Assembly (NCBI GenBank): GCA_964016885.1
Contig: OZ024748.1
Coordinates: 30,256,001 to 30,320,000, forward strand
Length of the DNA stretch: 64,000 nucleotides
Source of the DNA: Eledone cirrhosa
Taxonomy: Eukaryota
Direction of reading: 5' to 3'
Shown here in pieces: positions 36,395 through 49,800 of this stretch (position 1 is the stretch's first letter; every line of letters starts with the position of its first letter). The notes under the pieces were generated by a model. The model searched no databases, was not told the origin of the DNA, and saw only the letters and a program-made list of their open reading frames with translations. Position numbers and translations under genes: made by a program.

Positions 36395-39160
36395 CCCCTC
36401 CCCCCCCATGAAGAATGCACCTCCCAACATAGACTGATAATTAGCGACCTCATAGTCAGGACGAGACGTACTCGACAGCAGAAGAGGACTATCCTCAGGA
36501 AAAAAATATGGAAGCTAAAGGACCCCACAGCCAGGAATAAATTTCAAAGCATATTACTTGATGCTTTCAACAGTAAGGAAGAACATGTAGAGTCGGACAA
36601 TATAGAGGGAGAGTGGGAATTTCTGAAAGCAAACCTGCTGTTGGCGACAGACAAAGTCTGTGGCTGGAGCAGGCCTGTAGGCAGGAGGAGAGTAACATGG
36701 TGGTGGAACAGTAAGGTGGAGGGGTCAATTAAGGCCAAAAAGCAGGCTTGGAAAGTATGGCGGGATGGGGGAAGTAGAGAAGACTATCAAGTGGCCAGGA
36801 GGGAAGCTAGGAGACAAGTGTACTTAGCAAGAAGGGAAGCTGAGGAAAGAAAGTTCAAGCATGTTCTACAACGCGATGACCAAAAACGTGAGGTGTTCAG
36901 GATTGCTAGGCAATGCGTCAAGGAAAACCGTGATATTGTCGGGGAGAAGTGTGTACTTAATGATGATGGCATACTTGCCATCACTGACGCTGATAAGAAG
37001 GTAGCTTGGAAGTGTCACTATGAAAGGCTACTAAATGAGGAGAATAAATGGGAGAAAGACAGTCTCCCCCATATCGACCCAATAGAGGGACCAGCAGTGT
37101 TAGTCGAGGGGAGTATAATAAGTAAGGCAATCAAGGATATGAAGACGGGTAAGGCGGCTGGGCCTTCGGAAATAGTTGCTGAGATGCTGAAGGCATCTGG
37201 CACGGTGGGACACACCATGGTCACCCGCATAGTTAACCAAGTTGTACAGAATGGGGTTGTTCCGAAGGACTGGCATAGCAGCATCATCGTTAACTGTTAT
37301 AAGGGTAAAGGAGACGCCCTAGATAGGAGTAACTATAGAGGCATTAAATTAATCGACCAGGTCATGAAGGTCACGGAAAAAGTAATAGCACAACTAATCA
37401 GAGAGAGAATCGACCTAGATGAAATGCAGTTTGGGTTTGTGTCAGGCAAAAGTACCACAGACGCTCTTTTCATTGTACGACAACTACAGGAGAAGTACCT
37501 AGCTAAAGGTAAACCCCTCTACTTAGCTTTTGTCGACTTGGAGAAAGCCTTCGACAGAGTCCCCCGCTCCATTATCTGGTGGGCTCTTAGAAAACTAGGC
37601 GTTGACGAATGGATTGTGAGAGCTATACAAGCCATGTATAAAGAAACAGTCAGCAAGGTTAGAATTAACAACGAATATAGTGAAGAGTTTAGCGTAAAAG
37701 TTGGCGTCCATCAGGGCTCTGTTCTCAGCCCCCTACTATTTATTATTGCCCTTCAGGCTATAACAGAGGAGTTCAAGACCGGCTGCCCATGGGAACTCCT
37801 ATACGCAGACGACCTGACACTCATAGCGGAATCAATGGCCGAGCTAGAGAAGAAATTTCAAACATGGAAGCACGGCCTAGAATCAAAAGGCCTTAAAATT
37901 AACCTGGCTAAGACTAAAGTTCTAGTTTGTAGGAAAGAAAATAAGGCGGCGGTCCCTTCTGGGAAATGGTCGTGCTCGGTGTGTAGGAAAGGCGTAGGTA
38001 GAAACTCCATTTTATGTCCTAAATGCAAAGTATGGGTGCATAAAAGATGTAGTGGGATCACAGGTAAGCTAACTAAGAACATAGATTTTACATGTGGCCG
38101 GTGCTCTAGTGCAATAAGTAGCAGCAAGTGCCCACAAAATACTAGCTCTTTCAATTGCGCAGAGGGTTCTATAGAAATAGTGGACAGTTTCCGTTACCTG
38201 GGTGATAAAATCAGCAGTGGGGGAGGGTGCTCTGAAAGTACAGTAGCTAGAGTCAGAACTGGTTGGAAAAAGTTCAGAGAGCTTATACCACTATTAGCTG
38301 CTAAAGGGTTCTCCCTAAAAATGAAAGGCAGGTTGTACGATGCCTGCATACGAACAGCAATGTTGCATGGCAGTGAGACCTGGGCATTGTGTGCAGAGGA
38401 TATACGCAGACTAGAGAGGAACGAAGCTTGCATGCTCCACTGGATGTGTAACAGTAATATACGTGAACGGCAAAGCATAAACGAACTAAGGAAAAAATTA
38501 GAAATAAGAGGGATCAGATGTTGTTTACTCGAGAGAAGGCTACGTTGGTATGGACACGTGATGCGCATGAAAGTCGATAGCTGTATAACAAAGTGCAGGG
38601 CAATAAAGATAGACGGTAGCCACGGAATAGGCAGACCTAGAAAAACCTGGGACGAGCTGATAAACTCCGACCTCACACACTTATACCTCTCCAAGACAAT
38701 GTCACTGGACCGAGACCTTTGGCGGTACTCAGTAACAGAGAAGACCCGCCTTACCTAAATACATAGTAAAACCTACTACAGCCAGTAGGCATCTAACAAA
38801 ATACCCCCCCCCCCCCCCCCCCCGTCCCACCACCCCCAACCCATTCCACGCCACCCCGTTCTATGTAAAGTTGTGTTGGTGCCACACCATCCAGGCCGAA
38901 AGAAATGAGATCGTGTAGGTGTCATGACAAAAAAACACACAGTCCACGCTGTAATGTGGCCGTGTAGGCAACACGGTAAAAACCTCCCAGACCCACACTG
39001 TAAATGTGGTTGGTGTTAGGAAGGGCATCCAACTGTAGAAAACCTGCCAGACAGTCCTATGCGAGCAAGACAATCACTCTTGCCTCAAGTGGGACTACCC
39101 CCGTCCAAACCCATGCAAGCGTGGAACACGGACGTTAAACGGTGATGATGATGATGATGA

Positions 39161-39163
<3 letters not shown>
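36395..39163 (+). mobile_element. Young 5'-truncated RTE LINE, uninterrupted frame to 38758
   Basis: About 785 codons open from the APE end through RT and PHD-like finger; flanked by (TA)n; (ATG)n tail. Confidence 0.95.
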
Positions 39164-39215
<52 letters not shown>

Positions 39216-39381
39216 TATTCTTATATATACAAACATTTTTACACACACGCATACATTCACACACACACACATACTTTCAGACAAACATGCACAAACATTC
39301 ACAGAAACACACATATACACTCACACAGAGCATAGTTTTTCAACATCCCCTTCCTCCCTCTTATGCACCCATACATTCACA

Positions 39382-39439
<58 letters not shown>

Positions 39440-39722
39440 AACTCACTCACACACTCACTTGTATGCTCTTTCCTACTATTTACATTTCTCCCTCTATCAA
39501 AATGCTTCAATGAAACGGCGAAATGGAGGAGCAGAAGTAAACTTTGCCCTTCTCTCTCTTTCTCCCTCCTTACTCATTTGCATTGTACAACAGACATACA
39601 ATTACACAGATATCTACAAATATATAGATTTCTACACCCATAAATGTGTGTGTTAGTGTGTTTGTTTGTGCCTATACATATTTGTGTGTCTATGTATATA
39701 AACAAACAAATGACTATATATA

Positions 39723-40338
39723 TGTAGCGAAATCTATCCGCACCCTGAACCTTGGGTGACACCTGAAGGTCAAATTCTAGGTCACCATCCATTTGGTGTG
39801 AACAGGTTGATGCGTTGGCTATCCCCTCAAGGTGGGAGGCAGGAAGCGACAGGTATATAAAACCTTTATCATTCCATGTTAACATAGAGACATCGGAGCA
39901 CCCCACTACAGAACAAGCTATGTGAAAGATTCACCACTATCAACAAACCCCAGTGGTCTACAGAAAGACAAGAAAGATCGGAGCATTACAGTAGCAACTA
40001 ACTATGTAAAGATTCACAGTTACTACAGACCCCAGAGGTCTACAGAAATACAGAGTGATTGGAGCCCCACTACTACAGAACACAATTGTGGAAGATTCAC
40101 CGCTGTCTGCAGGCTACGGTGGTTCACAGTTACTACAGACCATAACAGAGGTATACAAACCATATCTCTCTCTCTCTTACTCACTACGGTCTCACAACTA
40201 CTACCACGGACTCCAACTTCCAACAACAACAACATTATCTGTTCGCTCGCTGTTTTCACATCAACAACAATAACAAAATTAACAACTCTTGGTAACTTTT
40301 TTATTGTACTTTTTAATTGATTCACGTGAAGTAAACCA
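39723..40338. repeat. Possible solo LTR with degenerate internal ~60-bp repeats
   Basis: TG...CA ends inside a TA run, TATATAAA, repeated GGAGC..CTACAGAA..GTG.AAGATTCAC. Confidence 0.35.
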
Positions 40339-40785
40339 TATATAAACTAAAATCATTTATTCTTATTATTCTTGTTATTACATCTAACAACTCCAACAAT
40401 CATGTTAATCATTCTAACAATAACTATTCCTTTATACCCTTCATTAAATATATATATGATGATGATGATGACAGTGATAATGATATGACAGTGATGATGC
40501 TAATGATGATGATGATGATGATAAATATGATAACAATAACAAGGATGACAGTGGTGATGATGCTGATGATGATGATAAATATGATAACAATAACAAGAAT
40601 AACAGTGATGATGCTGATGATGATAAAATACAGAGCTAATTTCACTAAATATACATCAACATTTGTCAAAAAAGATTTCCTATTTTTAAGCATGAGTTGC
40701 GACTGGACAATGCCCAAAGCCTTATAGCTGTTATATGTTCAGTTAAGTTAAATATGCTATTTCACAATACTTTAATTGTTAGGGT

Positions 40786-41200
40786 AGTGGATTGATAGCA
40801 TCGGTAGGGCGCTGGAAAACATGCTTTGCAGCATGTAGTTACATACCATACGTTTTGTGTTCAAATCCCACCAAGCTCTGCCTTCATCCTTACGATGCTG
40901 ATAAATTAAAGTACCAGTAATGCACTAGGGTAGATTTAATCGACTTCTCTGCTGCAAAATGTATAAATCAGTGTATAAATCAGAAACCATTATTACTTGA
41001 ATTGTTGGGCCGTGGATTGGCAGTATCGGTAGAGGGTCGGATGCCATGCTTTCCAGCATAATTACGTCCCTTTACGATCTGAGTTCAAATCCCGCCGAGG
41101 TTGACTTTGCCTTTCATCCTTACGGGGTCAATAAAATAAAGTACCAGTAATGAACTGGGTAATTGCTGGCCTTGTTCCTAAAGTAGAAACAATTATTACT
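40786..41200 (+). mobile_element. Two tandem Nin-type SINEs
   Basis: Same family as 31598-31975. Confidence 0.8.
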
Positions 41201-41454
41201 TGAATTGTTAACCTTTTAAACACCAACCAGTCCAACTCTTTAAATTTAAATTCAGATGCTGTACTGATAATTGATCATGAGCAAGATGGTTGGGTAACAT
41301 CGATGAGTTTGGCTGGTCTAGCTTGGGGATCCAGCCAAATCAATTGGAGACAGTTGCTTCTCTAACAGGACCCGCTGGAAGGAGTGTTTTAGAATTCTGC
41401 CAGGAATAAGTGGGCGAAGAAGGAGGAGGAGGTGATGGTGGTGGACCGAAATCT

Positions 41455-43558
41455 GATTATTTCTGCTTATGCACCCCAATCTGGTCTGCCGAATATACTG
41501 AAAAACATGTTCTATGAGTCTCTAATGCACACTACCCAAATAAGTGACGATGACTTCATAATCATTGCAGGCGACTTTAATGGGCATGCCTGGCAACACT
41601 GTGCTGTCTTCAATGTGTTCCATAGTGGTTATGAGTTTGGTGCTACAAATGCGGAAGCTTTCAGGCACCTGGAATTCTGTAATGCCAATGATCTATCTAT
41701 TTGTAACACAAACTTCAAAAAATGAGAAAATTACTTGATCACCTATAGATCAAGGGAGCATACCAGCAGACGAGACAGAGTGATGGTTTGAAATACAAAG
41801 TCCCTCCCTGGTGAAGAATGCACCTCCCAACATAACTTAGTAGTTAGTGACTTTATAGTTAGGGCTAGACAACAGAGGACAACTTGGAGGAGAAGAATGT
41901 GGAAGTTGAAGGACCCCACAACCAGTAACAAATTTAGAGGTATGTTTCTTGATGCTTTTGACAGTAAAGAAGAGCAAATAGAGGCATACAATATAGACGA
42001 GCAGTGGGAGTTCCTGAAAGATAACTACTGAAGGTGACAAACGAAATCTGTGGCTGGAGCAGGTCTCTAGGGAGAAGTAGAGATTTCATTTGTGCCAAGT
42101 AAAAGTACCATAGATGCTCTCTTCCTTGTGAGGCAACTGCAGGAGAAGTACCTAGTTAAAATTAAACCCCTCTACTTAGCTTTTATTGACCTGGAGAAAG
42201 CCTTTGACAGAATCCCCCGTTCCATTATCTGGTGCCTCTTAGAAAACTAAGAGTAGATGAGTGGCTCGTGAGAGGAACAGTCAGCAAGATTAGAATTAAC
42301 AATGACTATAGTGAAGAATTTAGTGTGCAGGTAGGTATCCATCAGGACTCTGTCCTTAACCCTCTCCTGTTTATTATTGCCCTACAAGCTATATAACAGA
42401 AGAATTTAAGACTAGCTGCCCATGGGAACTTCTGTATGCAGATCTTCTAACCCTTATAGCTGAATCTATGGAAGAATTAGAGAAGAAATTCCAAACCTGG
42501 AAGCATGGCCTAGAATCAAAACTTGTCAAAGACCAAAGTCCTATGATGTAGAAAGGAAAACAGGGCCCAGGTTCCCTCAGGGAAATGGCTTTGTTCAGTG
42601 TGCAAGAAAGGAGTAAATAGAAATTCCATCCTCTGCCCCAATTGTTAGCTATGGGTACACAAAAGATGTAGTGGGATTATAGGCAGACTATCAAAGGTTT
42701 TATATGTGATCGATGCACAGGTGCAATAAGTAGCAAGAGCCCACTGGATACTAGCTCCTTCAAATAGCTCTGTAGAAATAGTTGACAGTTTCTGTTACCT
42801 AGAGAAAGTTTAGGGAGCTATAACCACTGCTAACTACGAAATGTTTTCCCCTCAAAACGGAGGGAAGATTGTAAGATGCATGTATACGAACATGAATGTT
42901 GTATGGTTGGGAGACCTGCGTGCTATGTGCAGAGGATGTGTGAAGATTGGATGTGTAATAGTAATATACATGAACCGCAAAACATAAATGAACTGAGAGA
43001 GAAGCTGGGCATAAGAGGGATCAGATGCAGTGTGCTGGAGAGGAGATTGCATTTGTATGGTCATGTGATTAAAGGTATGGAGTAGGAAGACTTGGGATGA
43101 GGTGATAAAAGCTGACCTTGCACAATTGCACCTCTCAAAGGCGATGACACAGGACTGTCATCTCTGGTGTTATGCAGTAAATCAGAAGACCCACCTTCCC
43201 AGGTGCATGGGTTGAAGCATAGATCTGGTATGCGCCACCTTCCCCTCCATCATACACCTCACATGTCGTAACATTGCACCCACATCCTGATCACACCACT
43301 CTCCTCCCATACTGTTACATCCCTGCCCCAGTCCCCAGTCCACACAGTAAAGTGGTTGTGTAGGTGTCACAACAAAAACCACCCAGCCCATACTGTAAAT
43401 GTGGTTGGCGTTAAGCAGGGCATCCATTCGTAGAAAGCAAGCCAGAAACGATTTTGTATGAGCTAGACACACTCACCTGATCCTCAAATGGGACAACCTG
43501 TCTAACCCATGTTAGCATGGAAAACAGATGTTAAACAATAATGATGATGATGATGATG
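41455..43558 (+). mobile_element. Old internally deleted RTE LINE
   Basis: SAYAPQSG, GDFNGH, RT motifs with many stops; (ATG)n tail. Confidence 0.85.
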
Positions 43559-43721
43559 GTGGGTTGGCAAAGATGTTACAATTTCAGACAACTCAGAGTG
43601 CAGAATGTCAACATGAATACCACAAAGCATTCTATTCAATATTATAATAATTTAGGCGAAACATAAGTTAGTATATATATTTATACCTTCTTTTCACATT
43701 GTTTGTTCTATATATATATAT

Positions 43722-44033
43722 GTTTCCTTGAGCAAGACACTTTATTTCACATTGCTCCAGTTTACTCAGCTGTAGAAATGAGATGATAGGGACTGGGGTC
43801 CCTATCATTCCACTGTAAAGTGGTCGTGGAGGTGCCACGGTAAAAAAGCACCCAGCCCACATTGCAAACTGGTCGTGGAGGTGCCACGGAAAAAAAGCAC
43901 CCAGCACTCACTGTAAATGAGGTTGGTGTTAGGAATGGCATCCAGCTGTAGAAATCAAGCCAGAATCAGTTCCCGTCCCTCCCTTGTAAGCAGGGAAAAG
44001 CGGACTTAAAATGATGATGATGATGATGATGAT
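43722..44033 (+). mobile_element. 5'-truncated CORE-SINE
   Basis: Matches 45280-45542. Confidence 0.85.
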
Positions 44034-44039
44034 ATATAT

Positions 44040-44999
44040 ATATAATACATTATAAAGAAAGAAGAAACATTAGATATAATTAATAAGATATACCATACCC
44101 AAATTTCTTCATTACTCCTCGACTATATAGTTTCGTGGCAAAAACACTACATCACAGAGATACAGTATTTTTGTGAGGTCTGCCGACTTATCAAGAGGAT
44201 ACCTCATTTAGAGTTTCAAAACACATCCGTAGGACGCGAGATAGAATCCCGAAAGGCAGAGGGGGAGTCAATCACGTGATACAGCGGTCAAGAAACAGAG
44301 CTAAGCCTCTTACAACCAAGAAAAAATACCACAAAGGCAGAGGGGGTATTTATATCAAAGCCGTAGAAGAGATGGCTAGGATGGCGAGAAGTTTGAGTAA
44401 TGATAGCTTTCCAGCAGTCACTACACTTCAATGGTGACTCTACCATAGGGAGTTATAAACAATATAAAGAAATACACAGATACATGCGAACACATACATA
44501 TACATGAATATATCCACATATATCCCTGAATTTGTGGTGCCAACCTCAACCGTTGTTGCTCTATGAATAACTGGGACAAAATAATCCAAATGGATGAGAT
44601 TGATTCAGTATCAGAGCTATATAATACATTATAAAGAAAGAAGAAACATTAGATATAATTAATAAGATATGCCATACCAAAATTTCTTCATTACTCTCGC
44701 GTCCTACGGATGTGTTTTGAAACTCTAAATGAGATATCCTCTTGATAAGTCGGCAAACCTCACAAAAATACTGTATCTCTGTGATGTAGTGGTTTTGCAT
44801 AATATGCCACAAAACTACGTAGTCGAGGAGTAATGAAGAAATTTGGGTATGGTATATCTTATTAATTATATGTACGGATTATTTTGTCCCAGTTATTCAT
44901 AGAGCAACAACGGTTGAGGTTGGCACCACAAATTCAGGGATATATGTGGATATATTCATGTATATGTATGTGTTCGCATGTATCTGTATATTTCTTTAT

Positions 45000-45005
<6 letters not shown>
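44040..45005. repeat. Fold-back of Penelope-type terminal repeats with decayed hammerheads
   Basis: 44065-44238 inverted at 44697-44870; 44460-44590 inverted at 44875-45005; UCCUC-UUGAUAA...(G/A)AAA-CUA(UA/CG)UAG-UC-GAGGA. Confidence 0.65.
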
Positions 45006-45038
<33 letters not shown>

Positions 45039-45197
45039 ATACTCATGGTAGCGTGGAAGATAAACGTTAAACAATGATGATGATGTATGTATATATGTAT
45101 GTATAAATGGAAATGTATATGTATGTATATACATACATATACATTTATACATACATATACATATATACATACATATATATACATATATATATATATA

Positions 45198-45542
45198 ATG
45201 GAGGCACATAGCTTAGTGGTTAGAGCATTGGCCTTGCAATCGAAAGGTTGTGAGTTCAATTCTCAGACCGGGTGATGTGTTGTTTCCTTGAGCAAGACCC
45301 TTTATTTCACATTGCTCCAGTTTACTCAGCTGTAGAAATGAGATGATAGGGACTGGGGTCCCTATCATTCCACTGCAAAGTGGTCGTGGAGGTGCCACGG
45401 CAAAAAAGCACCCAGCATTCACTGTAAATGAGGTTGGTGTTAGGAAGAGCATCCAGCTGTAGAAATCAAGCCAGAATCAGTTCCCGTCCCACCCTTGCAA
45501 GCAGGGAAAAGCAGATGTAAAATGATGATGATGATGATGATA
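45198..45542 (+). mobile_element. Full-length tRNA-headed CORE-SINE with RTE tail
   Basis: TAGCTTAGTGGT A-box, GAGTTCAATTCT B-box, CORE-like CCTTGAGCAAGAC...CTCAGCTGTAGAAATG, RTE 3' end, (ATG)n. Confidence 0.9.
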
Positions 45543-46737
45543 TATATATATATAGCATGTATATTGAATGTAACTGTGAACAAAAGGAATAAATCGACTA
45601 GAAAAGAAAAGGATTTGAAAACAAGTTTGTTTGGTGTAGAGACACTAAAATCTCATATACTTACAGTATATATTCATGTAAAAGTCAACTCTTTCAGGTT
45701 ATATTTATGGCATTGTCTAATAGGCAACCTTTTCTATGACTCATCATATGGTAGGCATCACTACTAAAAATTTGAAGACAATTTTGATATTAGGTATGCC
45801 ATTCAGAAAACCAAACAGGCCACAGTATATAAATGCCCCTTTCAATTTAACTTGCAGGGCTCATTTCTGCAGGTGGCCAATTCGGTTCAGGTGGCCAATT
45901 CGGTAAGTCGGAAGCTGATTCAAGGGAAAAATATGGAATGCTTTTCAAATTTGGGTATCATTGTTGTGCAAGAGTCATTCTAATCTTCTTTTTAGTGTAT
46001 GTATATATGTATGACCAAAGTAAGTATATGACCCATTATTTTGATAATTAAAATACAACGGTAGCATCATTTTGTTAGAAATATAGTCACCAGAGGATTG
46101 AAATATGTTAAGAAATATCTAGAATAGACTCCATTCTACCTATATAAAGAAAAACCATAGCAGATTTCTAGATAAATAAACTATACATTAACCCATTCAC
46201 TGCAATCTAATGACATAAAAATCACAAGTGAATATATAGTCTTGGAAGGCTTTTAAAAAAATATTCCTTCTGCATAACATGCATTTAAATTTTATTGCTT
46301 GCTTTTACATTGAATGCTTTTTGATATTTTTTTGTTTATTCTTTAAACATTGTGAGGTTAAACTTCATGTATATCTTATTTATTCTATGTAAGTCTCCTG
46401 AAGATGTACAGTTAGTGTGTAACATGTATGATGTAGTTAATTGATAATTTCCAGTTGTTCTACAAATGAAACATGCATAGAAAGGAAAGAATAAGTATAA
46501 TTTCATATTCATGGTTTTTTTCTATTATTTATGCCCTGCTACCTGACCCTTAACAACAGAATATTTTAACTGTCAATAACTTAATCATCTCCTAATGAAC
46601 TCTTGACGAATGAAGGACTGTAATGTGCATAGAGCTTCTCTCAACTTTCCAAAGAAAATAATGAAGTATTACACTATAATCACATATTTTATTTTATATT
46701 GTATATGGTTTCATATATGCCTTTATTATATATGTTA

Positions 46738-46915
46738 CTGGCAGTATCAGTAGAGAGTCGGACGCCATGCTTTCCAGCATAGTTACGTCCCTTTACGGTC
46801 TGAGTTCAAATCCCGCCGAGGTTTACTTTGCCTTTCATCCTTACGGGGTCGATAAAATAAAGTACCAGTAATGCACTGTGTAATTGCTGGCCTTGTGCCT
46901 AAAGTAGAAACAATT
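46738..46915 (+). mobile_element. Nin-type SINE
   Basis: Same family as 31783. Confidence 0.8.
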
Positions 46916-47453
46916 ATATATGTTACACTTCCTTGATTTTAGCCCAACAATGACTTTTTTCAAAAAATTATTGTGTGGGAAATACCAATTCATAAAAACA
47001 ACTTTCATATAGAAAACAGGTTGGTTGCTGTTTTTTGCATGAATGTTTACACATTATGAGGACAACAATCGATTTGAAAAATATCGCTACTTTAGATATG
47101 TGGAAAAATTAAACAGCAGTGTCATAAAAAATACCATCATTATCATCATTATCATCATCATCTTACATCTGCTTTTCCATACTTACATGGGTTGGACGGG
47201 TTCTTTCTAGCACAGCATCTCTCCCTGAACTTGAGGCTATAGTAAAACACACTTGTCTAAGGGTCAATGCAATGGAACAAAACCTAAAATCATGGTGTTC
47301 CAAAGTAAACTCCTTAACCACGTCGTGCTTATACTTCATTGTGATTTTGTTGTTGCTTTTTTTAGTTTATTCCACCTTTTTGTTTATTTATTTATTTTCA
47401 CAGATACAGAATCCTATTCTGTCCATTGTCAATTCAGCTGTCACATTAAAAAA

Positions 47454-47588
47454 ATGACCAAATACATGTGGTCTAGGACTGGTCAATTATCAGAGTTCAT
47501 TCAAGGTAAACAAACCCTGCCCATGATTATAAAAACCATCGAAGGATATTATGGCAACTCTGAAGATACCACTATAGAAAAAAATGAG
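47454..47588 (+). CDS. Probable first coding exon of a CABIT-domain-like protein (exon 47404-47588)
   Basis: Polypyrimidine tract + cag| at 47403, GAG|gtaagt donor; MTKYMWSRTGQLSEFIQGKQTLPMIIKTIEGYYGNSEDTTIEKNE resembles the CABIT N-terminus (W..L.EF..LP.I.K...GYYG). Confidence 0.55.
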
Positions 47589-47833
47589 GTAAGTAATAAT
47601 ACTGATGGCTTTTCACCACCACAACCACTTTACAGGCTGGACTGGACACGTTTTGTAGTGTCACCAGCACAACCACTTTACATGGTGGACTGGACATATT
47701 TTGTAGTGTCACCAGCACAATCACCTTACAGAATGGACTGAGCACTTTTTGTCATGTCACCTTACAGGGTGGACTGGATGCATTTTACTCATGTCACCAG
47801 CATGGCTGCTATATATATATGTGTAATTATATT

Positions 47834-47873
<40 letters not shown>

Positions 47874-48125
47874 ATTACACCTGGACCAGGTGATGCGTTA
47901 TGTCCTTGAGCAAGACACTTTATTTCACGTTGCTCCTTCTACCTGGAGTTGCGACCGATAGATAGTATTAGCAATTGGAAAGACCAACGGAAACATTGTT
48001 CCCACGGTCCGATTTGACGAAAGTCGATCGTTCCTTTATTTATACATATATATATATATATATATAAATAATAATAATAATTATAATAACATTAAGAAAG
48101 ATGCTGATGTTACATAAATCTTTTA

Positions 48126-48216
48126 TTCATAATAATTATTTCAACGGTTCTCCCATGCAATCCAAGATGTAATTCATACATTTGTTGTTGTTATGAGAAT
48201 GGTATCTTCAGATGAA
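48126..48216 (-). ncRNA. Minimal type I hammerhead ribozyme
   Basis: UUCAU-CUGAAGA-...-GAAA-UAAUUA-UU-AUGAA. Confidence 0.65.
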
Positions 48217-48813
48217 ATTTGTGAATTTTGTGATATGCCGCCGACAGAAAAACCATGTCTTTCTGTTCATGTGCCCAACAGACACATGAATTCCTAAAAG
48301 GGTCTCTCCCAGCCGTTGTGTTTTCTGGAGTAAAGTGCTATCCATATGTCTATTAGCAAACTCAGGACTCACGTACCCCCCCCCCCCCCATGGAATTAGG
48401 GTTGTAAATTATCAAAGGATAATCCTTCAAGTGTGTTGCGTTGACCTGTATCAAACAATAGTCTATGCGTAGCTAGATTCCAGCAGAGAGTGGAAGCAAT
48501 AAACAGAACTCTGAGGAGGGCAATATACACATTTTGATGACAGCTACATTGAAGACAACCGCAATAACAACAGCAACACCAACCATCTTGCCTACACTGG
48601 CCGTTGTAGGAGTAGTGATAGTAGTACCCAGCTAATGGCAATGACTATATCCCTACCCAATAGCCAGGCAGCAGCAGCACTACCAACAATAACACCAGTA
48701 ATGAATCCATCACGACGACGACAACAACAAAAAAGGTCAAGTGGTGCCGGTCGCTGTAAATAAGGTCAAGTGGTGCCGGTCGCTGTAAATAAATTCCTAC
48801 AGTAATAATAGTG

Positions 48814-48859
<46 letters not shown>

Positions 48860-49339
48860 CGTCACTTCCACCCTTTGGCACAAAGCCAGCAATAATCTCA
48901 GTGCAAAATAATAATTAGTAACCATAATAGTAGTCAGTCATAACTACATTGGTATTAATATTAACAACAGTACCAACAATGCCCAGACAGAAAGGGACTG
49001 GTAGACTGTGGATGCGAGTTGTAGGAAGCGAATATAGGAACAAAAATATATACATATTTGAGTACAGATATAAATGCAGGTACACATATGGAGAACATAG
49101 GAACAAAAAGAACAAAGAATATACATAAATACAAAAGCAGGTATACATACGGAGAACAAGGAACAAGAGCATATGAAACACTGACCCTCATGTCACGATC
49201 ATAAAATCCCATATGTGCATAACAGAATGGTGGTAGATTGATTCGCGGCGGATGCACACAGGCTATCCAGGATTCGCCCGAGGTTGGGGCTGTTGTGCGG
49301 CCACGCCCGGCTCCCATGGTCAAGCTTTGCACTAGACCC

Positions 49340-49800
49340 TAGCCGGTACAACTACGCTGTTAATCCGTACAGTCTGAGGAAGGTTCCAGTTGATCTGTGG
49401 TGGCAGGTGCTGAACAGGTTACTCCTTTTATTGATAACCTGCGTTCCCGGTTCGATTATCTCCATAATCTTGGTGACACATAGATTGCATGAGTCATGTC
49501 CTCCTCCCCTGTAGGGTTGGGCTGTGGTACCTTGGTGTATCCAATGTCGTCATGCTTGAGCTGCCACACCAGTTCGGAGAGGGTGGTGCTGTTTTTCTTA
49601 TCCATTCTCCTAAAGGTGTGGCAGTGATTGTACCAGCATTCCTTAAATTTATTAGCTGTAGCTCCGATATATGTGAAGGTTTGGGCTAGTGGTACTCACC
49701 CTACATTCATAAACTAAGTTATTGCTAAGGCATTTGCCTTCCAGGGGGCAGTTACTGGGGCTTCTACAATTATAACCTGGGGAGGTGTTGCTGCCTGGAT
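49340..49800 (-). mobile_element. Penelope GIY-YIG fragment
   Basis: NCRSPSNCPLEGKCLSNNLVYECRV...YIGATANKFK. Confidence 0.75.

Noticed and set aside
36278-38758. 826-aa ORF as an intact gene or domesticated RT
   Set aside because: N-terminus is antisense SINE plus (TA)n read-through with a TTG start; the rest is a 5'-truncated LINE lacking most of its endonuclease
48733-48790. 29-bp tandem duplication (also 17-bp at 45870-45904)
   Set aside because: Two copies only; ordinary slippage
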